DNA of 64,000 bases. Origin: an uncultured Bacilli bacterium (GTDB lineage: Bacteria; Bacillota_I; Bacilli_A; RF39; UBA660). The position numbers were made by a program, and so were the translations under genes. The notes under the pieces were generated by a model. It worked only from the letters and a program-made list of their open reading frames with translations. It ran no database searches and was not told the DNA's origin. Positions 54,370 through 63,996 of this stretch are shown piece after piece (position 1 is the first letter of the stretch; every line of letters starts with the position of its first letter). Where the stretch lies: assembly GCA_944359725.1 (NCBI GenBank), contig CALVSY010000004.1, forward strand, positions 1,309 through 65,308, read 5' to 3'.

Positions 54370-54936
54370 ATGAAAGTAAAAATAGGAGTGTCTGCAAGAC
54401 ACGTTCACGTAACAAAAGAAGATGTTAAAATATTATTTGGTGAAGGTTATGAATTAACTAAGAAAAGTGATTTATCACAACCGGGACAATATGCTTGTAA
54501 TGAGCAGGTAATAATTAAGGGACCAAAAGGCTTGATTGAAAGAGTAAGAATACTAGGACCTGAAAGAGATAAAACGCAAGTTGAAGTATCAAAAACAGAT
54601 ACTTTTGCCTTGGGGATAAATCCTCCAGTTAGAAATTCTGGGGATTTAGATGGTGCATCTTTAATCACTATTATTGGTCCAAAAGGAGAAGTTACTAAAA
54701 ACGCTGCTATAATAGCATCAAGACATATTCATGCAACAGAAGAAGACGCAAAAAAATATGGTTTTGAAGGTAAAGAGTTCGTAAGCTTAGTTGTAAAAGG
54801 AGAAAAACCGGGAATACTAGAAAACGTATACGTTAGAATAAGTGATAAGTTTTCACTTGAAGTTCATTTGGATACTGATGATGCAAATGCGTTTTTAATA
54901 AAAAATGGTGATGAAGCTGATTTAATAGTTAAATAA
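54370..54936 (+). CDS. pduL: Phosphate propanoyl/acetyl-transferase PduL
   Basis: Duplicated PduL motifs are present: IGVSARHVHVTKEDV...QVIIKGPKG..VRILGPER.KTQVEVSKTD and ASRHIHATEEDA. Confidence 0.88.
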   Translation: MKVKIGVSARHVHVTKEDVKILFGEGYELTKKSDLSQPGQYACNEQVIIKGPKGLIERVRILGPERDKTQVEVSKTDTFALGINPPVRNSGDLDGASLITIIGPKGEVTKNAAIIASRHIHATEEDAKKYGFEGKEFVSLVVKGEKPGILENVYVRISDKFSLEVHLDTDDANAFLIKNGDEADLIVK

Positions 54937-54950
54937 AAAGGGATGAAATT

Positions 54951-56195
54951 ATGAAATATGAATTTAAAACAGGCATTAATGAAAAAGAGTTCGATGATTT
55001 CGTTGTTAATTTTCCATCTACTTCATTTATGCAAACGACCGCTTGGTCTAAGGTTAAAACAGCCTGGGAACATGATTTTGTTGGAATGTATGATAAGGAT
55101 AAATTAGTATGTACCGCGATGATTTTAAAAAGGAATCTGTTTTTAGGCAAAAAACTCTTTTACATACCAAGAGGTTTTGTAATTGATTATAAAAATGAAG
55201 AGTTATTAAGCTGTTTTATAAAAAATCTAAAAAAGTATGCTAAAGAAAGTAACGCTATTGATATAAAAATTGATCCTTTTATTTGCTTTAGTGAAGAAAA
55301 TATTCAAACGATAAAGAAGAAAAAAGAAGTAAACGTAAGAAAGGCATTTACTAAAGATACTGATTTAATCGTTGATGCCTTAAGTAAACAAGGCTTTAAA
55401 CACGGTGGCTATAAAAAGGAAGTAAATGCATACATTCAGCCAAGATACACGATGGCAATATCCTTAAAAGATGCTAATGAAGATTCTTATGATAAAGAGT
55501 CTTTACGAAGAACTTTTCCTAAAAACACTAGGAATTATATTGGTAATTATCAAGAACAAAGAGGAGTAGAGTTTAGTTTTTCTACTAATCCAAACGACGT
55601 AAAAGACTTAGTAAGTGTTTTACATTGCACTGAAAAAAGACAGCATATTAATTTAAGGAGTGAAAAATACTTTAAAAAATTAATGGAATGTTTTCCCGAT
55701 AATGCCGTACTTTTCTTTGCAAGAGTAGACATTGATAAATATATTAAATTTTTAAAAAATGATATGAAGGAAAACGAAAATAAAAAAGAGTTTTGCCAAA
55801 AACAGTTAAAAGAAGCAAGTGATGTAAAAAAAGAGTTTGGTAATAAACCTCTTGCGGGGTCTACCATCGTTATGATGCCTACTTGCAAAACGGGTATTAA
55901 AACTGCATCTTTCTTATATGCTGGAACAAACACTAAAATACTTCCTTCTTTAAAAATAACAAATGGACTTATGTTTTATAGATTATGCTATTGCTTGGAT
56001 CACAACTTAGATTATTGTGATTTAGGAGGCGTTGATGGTTCTTTAGAGGATCACTTATCAACTTTTAAATCGAAGTTTAATCCAAACGTATTAGAGCTTG
56101 TTGGCGAATATGATTTAATAATAAGTAAATTTTGGTTTAACTTGTTTAACTTAGCAATGGATTTAAGAAAGTTTATAAGAAAATTAAAAAAATAA
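54951..56195 (+). CDS. FemAB-family peptidoglycan interpeptide aminoacyltransferase
   Basis: 414 aa. It has the motif FMQTTAWSKVK, a central coiled-coil insertion (KFLKNDMKENENKKEFCQKQLKE) and the motif CDLGGV. Confidence 0.75.
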   Translation: MKYEFKTGINEKEFDDFVVNFPSTSFMQTTAWSKVKTAWEHDFVGMYDKDKLVCTAMILKRNLFLGKKLFYIPRGFVIDYKNEELLSCFIKNLKKYAKESNAIDIKIDPFICFSEENIQTIKKKKEVNVRKAFTKDTDLIVDALSKQGFKHGGYKKEVNAYIQPRYTMAISLKDANEDSYDKESLRRTFPKNTRNYIGNYQEQRGVEFSFSTNPNDVKDLVSVLHCTEKRQHINLRSEKYFKKLMECFPDNAVLFFARVDIDKYIKFLKNDMKENENKKEFCQKQLKEASDVKKEFGNKPLAGSTIVMMPTCKTGIKTASFLYAGTNTKILPSLKITNGLMFYRLCYCLDHNLDYCDLGGVDGSLEDHLSTFKSKFNPNVLELVGEYDLIISKFWFNLFNLAMDLRKFIRKLKK

Positions 56196-56264
56196 ATTAT
56201 AATAAAAGGAACTTTTAAATAGTTTCTTTTTATTATATAATTAATTTAGTTTTGAGGTGATAGA

Positions 56265-57236
56265 GTGTTTAAAATTGGTAATGTAAAAATAGATAATAAC
56301 GTGTGTTTAGCTCCTATGGCTGGTGTTTGTAATAGTGCGTTTAGAAGGATTGTAAAGGAAATGGGATGCGGTCTTATATACGCTGAGATGGTAAGTGATA
56401 AGGCTATTTGTTATGACAATGAAAAGACCATGGATATGCTTTATATGACCGAAGAAGAAAGACCAATTGCGCAGCAGATATTTGGAAGTGATGTGGATAG
56501 TTTTGTTAAGGCTGCTCAAAAAATAGAAGAAACCATGCATCCTGATATTATTGATATAAATATGGGGTGCCCAGTACCTAAGGTTGCACTTCGCGCTCAG
56601 GCAGGATCCGCTCTTTTAAAGGATCCAGATAAAATATATGAAATAGTAAAAGCTGTAAAAGAAGCGGTAAGCGTGCCAGTAACGGTTAAAATAAGAAGTG
56701 GATGGGATAAAAATAGTATTAATGCCGTTTTGGTTGCTAAAACTTGTGAAAAAGCTGGAGCATCGGCAATAGCAGTACATCCTAGAACACGCAGCCAGGG
56801 GTATAGTGGAGAGGCTGATTGGAACATAATAAAAGAGGTTAAAGAAAACGTAAGTATTCCGGTTATTGGAAACGGTGATATTAAAACGGTTGATGATGCA
56901 ATAAAAATAATTAAGGAAACTAATTGTGATGCGATTATGATAGGAAGAGGTGTTCTTGGTAATCCTTACTTAATAAAGCAAATAGTAACGTATTTTAAAA
57001 CAGGTGCAAAACTTCCGGATCAAACTCCTAAAGAAAAGATGCAAACATGTCTTAAACATTTTAATTATCTATTAGAAATAAAACCAGAAAAAGTTGCGAT
57101 ACTTGAGATGCGCACGCATGCTGCTTGGTATTTAAAAGGACTTCCTAATTCTACTTTTGTAAAAGAAAAGTTATACAAAATAAAAACCAAAGAAGAATTT
57201 ATTAAGATGGTTAATGATTACATAAATACATTATAA
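56265..57236 (+). CDS. dusB: tRNA-dihydrouridine synthase B
   Basis: GTG start after a GAGGTG Shine-Dalgarno. Motifs are LAPMAGVCNSAFR, DINMGCP (catalytic Cys), TVKIRSGW and VHPRT. Confidence 0.92.
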   Translation: MFKIGNVKIDNNVCLAPMAGVCNSAFRRIVKEMGCGLIYAEMVSDKAICYDNEKTMDMLYMTEEERPIAQQIFGSDVDSFVKAAQKIEETMHPDIIDINMGCPVPKVALRAQAGSALLKDPDKIYEIVKAVKEAVSVPVTVKIRSGWDKNSINAVLVAKTCEKAGASAIAVHPRTRSQGYSGEADWNIIKEVKENVSIPVIGNGDIKTVDDAIKIIKETNCDAIMIGRGVLGNPYLIKQIVTYFKTGAKLPDQTPKEKMQTCLKHFNYLLEIKPEKVAILEMRTHAAWYLKGLPNSTFVKEKLYKIKTKEEFIKMVNDYINTL

Positions 57237-57276
57237 AAAAAGTGGTATAATTAAAATGTATGATAGGAGGGATAAA

Positions 57277-58158
57277 ATGGATTTTAAAAAGTTACTAGGT
57301 TACGAGGGAAAAAACGTAGTAATAACCGGTAGTGCATCAGGAATGAGTAAAAGTGCAACAGAAATGTTAATAGCATCTGGTGCAAATGTTTATGCAATAG
57401 ATAAAAATGACATTGATTTACCTGTTACTAAGAGTTTTAAGGCTGATTTAAGTGATAAAAACGAAATTGATGAGGTAATAAAAGAACTTCCAGATAAAAT
57501 TGACGCTTTGTTTTTATGTCATGGAATAGCGGGTTTTCCTGGAAGAGAATTATTAGTACAAAAGGTTAATTTCTTAAGTCAAAAATACATGACTGAAAAA
57601 CTGCTTGATAGAATAAGCAAGCACGGATCCGTTACTTTTATATCATCAGTTGGAGGCTTCGGTTGGGAGCAAGTTTATGAAAAGTGCGTAGAATTAATTA
57701 ATTTACCAACATGGGAAGATGCCATTAATTGGTATGAAAATCATCCTGATGATATAAAAAGCTCATACGTATTTGCAAAACAATGTTTGGAGTCATATGT
57801 TACTTATAAGTGTATGGCGCCTGAATTCATAAATAAAAGAATTAGAATAAACGCTATTAACCCGGGTGATACAACAACTGGTTTAACTGATGATTTTAAT
57901 AAATCAACATCTCCAACTGGTGATGCCAAAGAAGGTGAGGAGATGATTAATAACATCTTCTTAAAAAGTTGGAACGGATACGCGGCAAACCCAAAGGATA
58001 TGGGGTATCCATTAGTATTAATTGGAAGTGATATTTTCTCTTACATGTCAGGACAATTAATATACATAGATTATGGTCTTACATCAAATTGGAAAAGTGG
58101 TGCACTTTTAAATAAGCAAAACAAAAGTATAGAAGAAATATCAAAAGATAATAATTAG
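57277..58158 (+). CDS. SDR-family oxidoreductase (atypical, ~293 aa)
   Basis: An AGGAGGG Shine-Dalgarno precedes the start. Motifs are ITGSASGMS and the YxxxK element SYVFAKQ. Confidence 0.75.
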   Translation: MDFKKLLGYEGKNVVITGSASGMSKSATEMLIASGANVYAIDKNDIDLPVTKSFKADLSDKNEIDEVIKELPDKIDALFLCHGIAGFPGRELLVQKVNFLSQKYMTEKLLDRISKHGSVTFISSVGGFGWEQVYEKCVELINLPTWEDAINWYENHPDDIKSSYVFAKQCLESYVTYKCMAPEFINKRIRINAINPGDTTTGLTDDFNKSTSPTGDAKEGEEMINNIFLKSWNGYAANPKDMGYPLVLIGSDIFSYMSGQLIYIDYGLTSNWKSGALLNKQNKSIEEISKDNN

Positions 58159-58317
58159 CATCTTTAAAAGGTGCTAATTATTCATTTATTTAACAATATA
58201 TGGAAAACTTATAAAAAAATATGGTATAATTAGTTACGTAGGACAAGGTTGTGAAAATGGTGCTAGATGTCATAATTTTGGCCAAAAAAAGAAATAATAT
58301 ATTATTAAGGAGGAAAC

Positions 58318-60015
58318 ATGAAAAAGTATAATTTGTTAAAAGTGCTTGCGATAACGGTATTTGTAGCATGGTTACTTACTTTGTTTATACCAGCATCTTA
58401 TTCAGATTATAGTGGTAACATCGTAACTGATTCTGTTGCTGCGGTTGGAGTATGGTCATTACTTTCTAATTTGAGTATATCAATTTCTTACTTTAATGGA
58501 ATTGCTATATTTTTAATAGCAGTAGCATGTTTTTATGCGGTTATGAACAAATTAGAAGTTTATAAAAACTTCGTTAGTAAAGTTGCTTCTATGTTTGAAA
58601 ACAAATCTGGTTTACTAGTTACAATAACAATAATAGTATTTGGTGTATTAGCTTGCTTAGTTAGCGATCCTATTATATTAATTGCTTTCATGCCATTTAT
58701 TTATCAAGTTATGAAAGCTCTTGAAATTGATAAAAAGGTTATTTTAGCATCTACTATAGTAGCTACTTTAATAGGTGGAATGTGCGGAATTTATAACAGC
58801 ACGTTATTTAGCTTATTAAGTTTAGAGGTAAATACTTTGTTATTGGTAAAAGTAATTTTACTTGTAATTGGTTTAGCAATATTAATTTTCTTTGTAGCAC
58901 CAAGAAAATCTAAGGCTATGGGTAGCAAAGTAAAAGCTGATAAAAAAGTATCACAAAAAAGCGAAGATAAAAAAGCATCAGTTAAGAAAGTTAGTACTAA
59001 ACAAAGTGCTAAAAAATCAAATGAAACTGGTAAGAAGGTAAATAAAACAGTATATGCCATTTTAACCATTTTATTTGGTACTATCGGTATAAATAAATTC
59101 TATGCTGGTAAGATAAAAGCTGGTATATTAAACATTTTATTTTGCTGGACTTTAATACCTACAATACTTTCTATTGCTGAGTTCGTTGCGGTATTAACGG
59201 AAAAAAGTGATAAGGAAGGTAAGATTCCAACAACGAGTTCAAGAAGAACAAACGTACTTTTTGGAACTAGCTTAGTTGTGTTTGTATTATTCACACTAGG
59301 TGCAATAATACCTTGGGAGTCATTGTTTAACACTAGCATATTCTCTGATTTTAACAGTTTCTTATCTGGTATTAAGATTGGCGATTATGCAATATTTAAC
59401 AATATAATTGCTGCTCCTGTTGTAACTGATTCTACAGGTTATGCATCAGGTGTTATAAATGCATTTGGTAATTGGACAATATCTGATGTTGCAATATTCT
59501 TACTTATAATTACTGCTGTTATTGCTCTTTCATCTAAGATTAAGTTTAATGATTTTATTGCAACTGCTACAGATGGAATAAAGAAAGTATTACCAATTGC
59601 AATAACTGCAATGCTAATAAGTATCGTACTTGTTATAATGGTAACATCAGGTGTTGCCGTTACGATTGCAAACTTTATAGTATCACTTGCATCTGGATTT
59701 AACATCGCAACAGCAACGCTTGCATCTATGGTAGGCAGTGTATTAACTGGTGATTTTTACTATTTCGCATCTACTGTTGGAGTAGTATTTACAACGGTTA
59801 TTACTAATACTGATTTATATGGTGTAATCGGATTTATAATGCAAAGCATATATTATTTAATGATGATTTTCGCACCAACATCAGTTGCTTTAATAATAGG
59901 TTTATATTATTTGAACATTCCTTTTGGAAAATGGTTTAAATACATATGGAAGGTATTACTTGCTTTATTCGTAGTAATCATAGTTGCTGCAATAATAATA
60001 TTTGCGTTAGTATAA
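58318..60015 (+). CDS. Polytopic membrane protein (YfcC-like transporter core?) with an internal Lys-rich linker and TM2 domain
   Basis: 565 aa. The N-terminus reads LLTLFIPASY. The central segment is PRKSKAMGSKVKADKKVSQKSEDKKASVKKVSTKQSAKKSNETGKKVNK, followed by VYAILTILFGTIGINKFYAGKIKAGILNILFCWTLIP, the TM2/PF05154 signature. Confidence 0.45.
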   Translation: MKKYNLLKVLAITVFVAWLLTLFIPASYSDYSGNIVTDSVAAVGVWSLLSNLSISISYFNGIAIFLIAVACFYAVMNKLEVYKNFVSKVASMFENKSGLLVTITIIVFGVLACLVSDPIILIAFMPFIYQVMKALEIDKKVILASTIVATLIGGMCGIYNSTLFSLLSLEVNTLLLVKVILLVIGLAILIFFVAPRKSKAMGSKVKADKKVSQKSEDKKASVKKVSTKQSAKKSNETGKKVNKTVYAILTILFGTIGINKFYAGKIKAGILNILFCWTLIPTILSIAEFVAVLTEKSDKEGKIPTTSSRRTNVLFGTSLVVFVLFTLGAIIPWESLFNTSIFSDFNSFLSGIKIGDYAIFNNIIAAPVVTDSTGYASGVINAFGNWTISDVAIFLLIITAVIALSSKIKFNDFIATATDGIKKVLPIAITAMLISIVLVIMVTSGVAVTIANFIVSLASGFNIATATLASMVGSVLTGDFYYFASTVGVVFTTVITNTDLYGVIGFIMQSIYYLMMIFAPTSVALIIGLYYLNIPFGKWFKYIWKVLLALFVVIIVAAIIIFALV

Positions 60016-60021
60016 TACCTT

Positions 60022-60047
60022 AAGGCACAAAATATGTGCCTTTTTTG
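60022..60047 (+). terminator. Rho-independent terminator
   Basis: AAGGCACA (60022-60029) pairs with TGTGCCTT (60035-60042), followed by a T6 run. Confidence 0.85.
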
Positions 60048-60109
60048 TTGTATTAATATTTGAAATTAATACCATAACAAACATAGAATGTATAGAAAGG
60101 TGATTAAAT

Positions 60110-62368
60110 ATGTTTGTTAATTTTAGTGAAGAAGTAAGACATCTTTTAAAACAAGCAGAAAGAGAAAAGGAAGCTTTAAATCATCCGTACGTCGGAAGTG
60201 AACATCTTTTTTTATCTATTTTAAAAGAAAGTAAGTTAGTTTCATTTTTTAAAAAGTATAAATTAACGTATCAAAAGTTTAAAGAAAAATTAATATCAAT
60301 CGTTGGTATCGGTAGTAAAAAAAGTGAGTTTACGCTTTATACTCCCCTTCTTAAAAGAGTGTTAGAAAACTCCGTTATTGAAGCTAGGGAAGAAAATAAT
60401 AGAGTTGTTAATCCTGAGATAATAATAATTTCTATTTTAGATGAGGAAGACGGAGTTGCTTTTAGTATATTAAAAAGTCTAAATGTTAATGTAGATAAAA
60501 TGTATTATGATCTAAGAAATAAAAAAAGTAATAAAACGGTAAAAAGAAAAAAACTTTTACTAGATGATATTGCAACTAACTTAACCAAGCTTGCAAAAGA
60601 AAAAAAATTAGATCCGGTAATAGGAAGAGATGATGAGATTAATAAAACAATAGAAATACTTTTAAGAAGAAAGAAAAACAACCCTATTTTAATAGGGCCT
60701 GCTGGTGTTGGTAAAACAGCGATAGTAGAAGGAATAGCAAACCTTATGGTAAGTAATAAAGCTCCAGCATATTTAAAAAACAAAAGAATTTTTTCTTTAA
60801 ATATTTTCTCACTTGTATCCGGTACTAAATACCGAGGAGAGTTCGAAGAAAAGATGAAAAACTTAATTCGCGAATTAGAAGAAAATGATGATATTATTTT
60901 GTTTATAGATGAGGTTCACACGATAGTAGGAGCCGGTGGGGCTGAAGGAGCAATTGATGCATCAAACATATTTAAACCAGCTTTAGCTAGAGGAATGATA
61001 AGGATAATTGGTGCAACAACCCTTGATGAATATAAAAAATACATAGAACCAGATCAAGCCTTAGCAAGAAGGTTTCAAAGTGTCTTTGTTGAAGAACCAT
61101 CATTTAAAACGGTTGTTGAGATACTAACGAAAACAAAGTCATTATACGAAAATTATCACGATATCAAAATATCTGATGATCTAATAAAAGAAATCGCCGT
61201 TTTATCAAGTAAGTATCTTACTAATCGTTTTGAACCTGATAGATCAATAGATGTATTAGATGAGGTTTGTGCTAAAGTATCAATAAAAGAAAGTGTTAAT
61301 CAAAAAATTTTAAAAGAATTAAATGATAAGTTAAGTAAAATAAAAATGGATAAAATAAACGCTATAGAGAATAATGATTTTAAAACGGCTTTTATTTTAA
61401 AAGGCAAAGAAAATAAAATAAATGAAGAAATAAAAAACATAAAAATAGTTAAAAATAGCGTAACAAAACAAGATGTTTTAGAAGTTATTAAAAGTAAGGG
61501 AAACCTAAAAAACATTGAGACAAATAAACTTAATACTCACTTTTATGATGCGTTAGAAGAAAAGTTAAATAAAAAGATAGTCGGACAAAAAGATAATGTA
61601 AAAAAGTTAGTAAACTCTTTAAAAAAGCGAAACTTACTTAAGGAAAAAGATGTATATACTGTGATAATAAATGGTAAAAAAGGAACTGGTAAAAGTTTTT
61701 TAGCAAACGAGTTTTTAGAAAGTATAATAAATAAAAAGGACATAATAAAAATAGATTTAAAAGATTATAAAGAGTACATGAGCATCAGTAAGTTAATTGG
61801 AACTACCGCGGGATACATTGGTTATGATAATAAAAATAATGTATTTGAAAAGGTAAGAACCAGTCCGTCATCCGCGTTAATCATAGAAAACTTTAATGAT
61901 GCATGTTCATCGGTTAAATCGTTGTTTTTGAAGATAGTAAAAGAAGGTGTTATAGAAGATTCGGCATCTAGAAAAATAGATTTTACAAACTCAAGCATAA
62001 TATTTATATTTAATGATGAAAGTGCAAATAAAGTTGGTTTTGATAATACTAGTAAAACAAACAGTAACATACCAAAAACACTTTTGGATAGTGCAAGTGT
62101 AAAAATAGATTTAAAAGTATTAGATGAGGACGATAAAAAAATCATAATAAAAAATAAAGTAAATGAATTAGTTAATAAATATAATGATGTTAATCTAAAG
62201 ATAGAAGATGACTTTGAAAAACACGTATTAGATAGTGTTAGTAATAAAGATGATGTATCAAATATTGTTTCTATTGTCAAAAAAACGATTGAAGATTGTT
62301 TGGTAAAGTCAGTTATAGATGGTGATAAAAACGTGTGTATAAAAGCTAAAAACGTGAAAATATGTTAA
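60110..62368 (+). CDS. clpC: ClpC-like AAA+ chaperone with divergent second ATPase module
   Basis: Two Clp_N repeats are present ([20 protein letters not shown]). D1 has Walker [14 protein letters not shown] and Walker B ILFIDEVH, with a UVR-like linker. D2 has Walker A GKKGTGKS, but the Walker B position reads [10 protein letters not shown]. Confidence 0.75.
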   Translation: MFVNFSEEVRHLLKQAEREKEALNHPYVGSEHLFLSILKESKLVSFFKKYKLTYQKFKEKLISIVGIGSKKSEFTLYTPLLKRVLENSVIEAREENNRVVNPEIIIISILDEEDGVAFSILKSLNVNVDKMYYDLRNKKSNKTVKRKKLLLDDIATNLTKLAKEKKLDPVIGRDDEINKTIEILLRRKKNNPILIGPAGVGKTAIVEGIANLMVSNKAPAYLKNKRIFSLNIFSLVSGTKYRGEFEEKMKNLIRELEENDDIILFIDEVHTIVGAGGAEGAIDASNIFKPALARGMIRIIGATTLDEYKKYIEPDQALARRFQSVFVEEPSFKTVVEILTKTKSLYENYHDIKISDDLIKEIAVLSSKYLTNRFEPDRSIDVLDEVCAKVSIKESVNQKILKELNDKLSKIKMDKINAIENNDFKTAFILKGKENKINEEIKNIKIVKNSVTKQDVLEVIKSKGNLKNIETNKLNTHFYDALEEKLNKKIVGQKDNVKKLVNSLKKRNLLKEKDVYTVIINGKKGTGKSFLANEFLESIINKKDIIKIDLKDYKEYMSISKLIGTTAGYIGYDNKNNVFEKVRTSPSSALIIENFNDACSSVKSLFLKIVKEGVIEDSASRKIDFTNSSIIFIFNDESANKVGFDNTSKTNSNIPKTLLDSASVKIDLKVLDEDDKKIIIKNKVNELVNKYNDVNLKIEDDFEKHVLDSVSNKDDVSNIVSIVKKTIEDCLVKSVIDGDKNVCIKAKNVKIC

Positions 62369-62390
62369 TTATTTTCATGTTTTTTGTTTT
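62355..62390 (+). terminator. Candidate terminator after the clpC-like gene
   Basis: TGAAAAT (62355-62361) pairs with ATTTTCA (62371-62377), followed by a T-run. Confidence 0.55.
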
Positions 62391-62448
62391 AATATTTTGT
62401 TATATATTGTAAAATATATAAAGAAAGTTATTTTTTAAAGGAGTATTT

Positions 62449-62592
62449 ATGAAGAAGGAAAATATAAATAATTTCAATCCTGGTTTTATTTATAAAGATG
62501 CCCACGTTATAGTAAACAAAAGGCCTTTAAATAACGTAGGTATAATAAAAGTAAAAAGGAAAGAACAAAGAAATAAAAAAGGACGTGATTAA
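62449..62592 (+). CDS. Small basic ORF (47 aa) immediately upstream of cysS
   Basis: An AAAGGAG Shine-Dalgarno sits 7 nt before ATG 62449. The product is MKKENINNFNPGFIYKDAHVIVNKRPLNNVGIIKVKRKEQRNKKGRD. The stop is 3 nt before the cysS ATG. Confidence 0.35.
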   Translation: MKKENINNFNPGFIYKDAHVIVNKRPLNNVGIIKVKRKEQRNKKGRD

Positions 62593-62595
62593 AGT

Positions 62596-63996
62596 ATGAG
62601 AATTTATAACACATTAACAAGAAGGCAAGAAGAATTCATACCATATGAAAAAGGTGTTGTAAGAATGTATACTTGTGGTCCAACCGTATATCATTATGCT
62701 CATATTGGTAACTTAAGAAGTTATATCATGGAAGACATACTTGAAAAAACACTTATATATGATGGATATAAGGTTAAAAGGGTAATGAATATTACGGACG
62801 TAGGACATTTATCTAGCGACTCTGATTCTGGTAATGATAAAATGGTTGAAAGTGCTAAAAAAAATCATAAAAGCGTAATGGAAATAGCTAAATTCTACAC
62901 TGATGCATTTTTTGATGATTTTAAAAAGTTAAATATAAAAAAGCCAGAAATAATAGAACCTGCAACCAACCTTATTGATGATTATATTAAGTTTATTAAA
63001 ACGCTTTTAGATAAGGGTTATGCATACTTTTCTGGAGGTAACGTTTATTTTGATACATCTAAATTAAAAGATTATTATGTTTTAACTAATCATAAGGAAG
63101 ATGAGATGGTAGTTGGGGTAAGAGAAGGTGTTGAAAACGATCCTAACAAGAAAAACCAAGCTGATTTTGCATTATGGTTTACTAAGTCAAAATTTGAAGA
63201 TCAAGAATTAAAGTGGGACTCTCCTTGGGGACTTGGTTATCCAGGATGGCATATTGAGTGTTCTTGCATAAGCATGAAACATCTAGGAGAGCACCTAGAC
63301 ATTCACTGCGGTGGGGTTGATAATATCTTTCCGCATCATACTAACGAGATTGCACAAAGTGAGGCATACCTAGGTCATAAATGGTGTAATTACTGGGTAC
63401 ACTGTGAGCATTTAAATGATAAAAACGGAAAAATGAGTAAAAGTAAAGGAGGTTTTTTAACTGTTTCTTTACTAGAAGAAAAAGGATATAATCCTTTAGC
63501 ATACCGTTTAATGTGCTTACAATCACACTATCGTAAACAGCTTGTGTTTACTTTTGAAAGTTTGGATAACGCACTTACATCTTATAATAAATTAAAAAAT
63601 AAAACGTTATCATTAACTAATGAAGGCGTTTTAGATAAAACTGAGTTTGATAATTATAAAAATAAGTTTAAAGAGTGCATAAATGATGATATGAATACAT
63701 CAAGTGCCTTAACCGTTTTATACGATGTATTAAAAGATGATAAATTAAATGATAAAACAAAAAAAGAACTTGTTAAGTCCTTTGATGAAGTTCTATCACT
63801 TGATTTATTAAAAAAAGATGATAAAAAAATAGATAAGGATCTAGAAAAATACGTAGAAGAAAAAATAAAAGAAAGAAATATAGCTAAAAAGAATAAAGAT
63901 TATACTTTAGCGGATAAGATAAGAGAAGAATTAAAAGAAAAAAACATTGAATTAAAAGATACTAGGGAAGGTACAACCTGGAGTAAAATTGCATAA
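62596..63996 (+). CDS. cysS: Cysteine--tRNA ligase
   Basis: HIGH motif (HYAHIGNLRS), KMSKS motif and zinc-site context (WHIECS). Confidence 0.97.
   Translation: MRIYNTLTRRQEEFIPYEKGVVRMYTCGPTVYHYAHIGNLRSYIMEDILEKTLIYDGYKVKRVMNITDVGHLSSDSDSGNDKMVESAKKNHKSVMEIAKFYTDAFFDDFKKLNIKKPEIIEPATNLIDDYIKFIKTLLDKGYAYFSGGNVYFDTSKLKDYYVLTNHKEDEMVVGVREGVENDPNKKNQADFALWFTKSKFEDQELKWDSPWGLGYPGWHIECSCISMKHLGEHLDIHCGGVDNIFPHHTNEIAQSEAYLGHKWCNYWVHCEHLNDKNGKMSKSKGGFLTVSLLEEKGYNPLAYRLMCLQSHYRKQLVFTFESLDNALTSYNKLKNKTLSLTNEGVLDKTEFDNYKNKFKECINDDMNTSSALTVLYDVLKDDKLNDKTKKELVKSFDEVLSLDLLKKDDKKIDKDLEKYVEEKIKERNIAKKNKDYTLADKIREELKEKNIELKDTREGTTWSKIA

Noticed and set aside
58205-58317. About 95-nt leader upstream of the TM2-containing membrane protein, considered as a riboswitch. 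A 24-codon upstream ORF (MVLDVIILAKKRNNILLRRKHEKV) overlaps the main start.
   Set aside because: I could not derive a recognisable riboswitch consensus or a convincing secondary structure by eye. The uORF has only a weak Shine-Dalgarno-like sequence. An Infernal scan would be needed before any claim.
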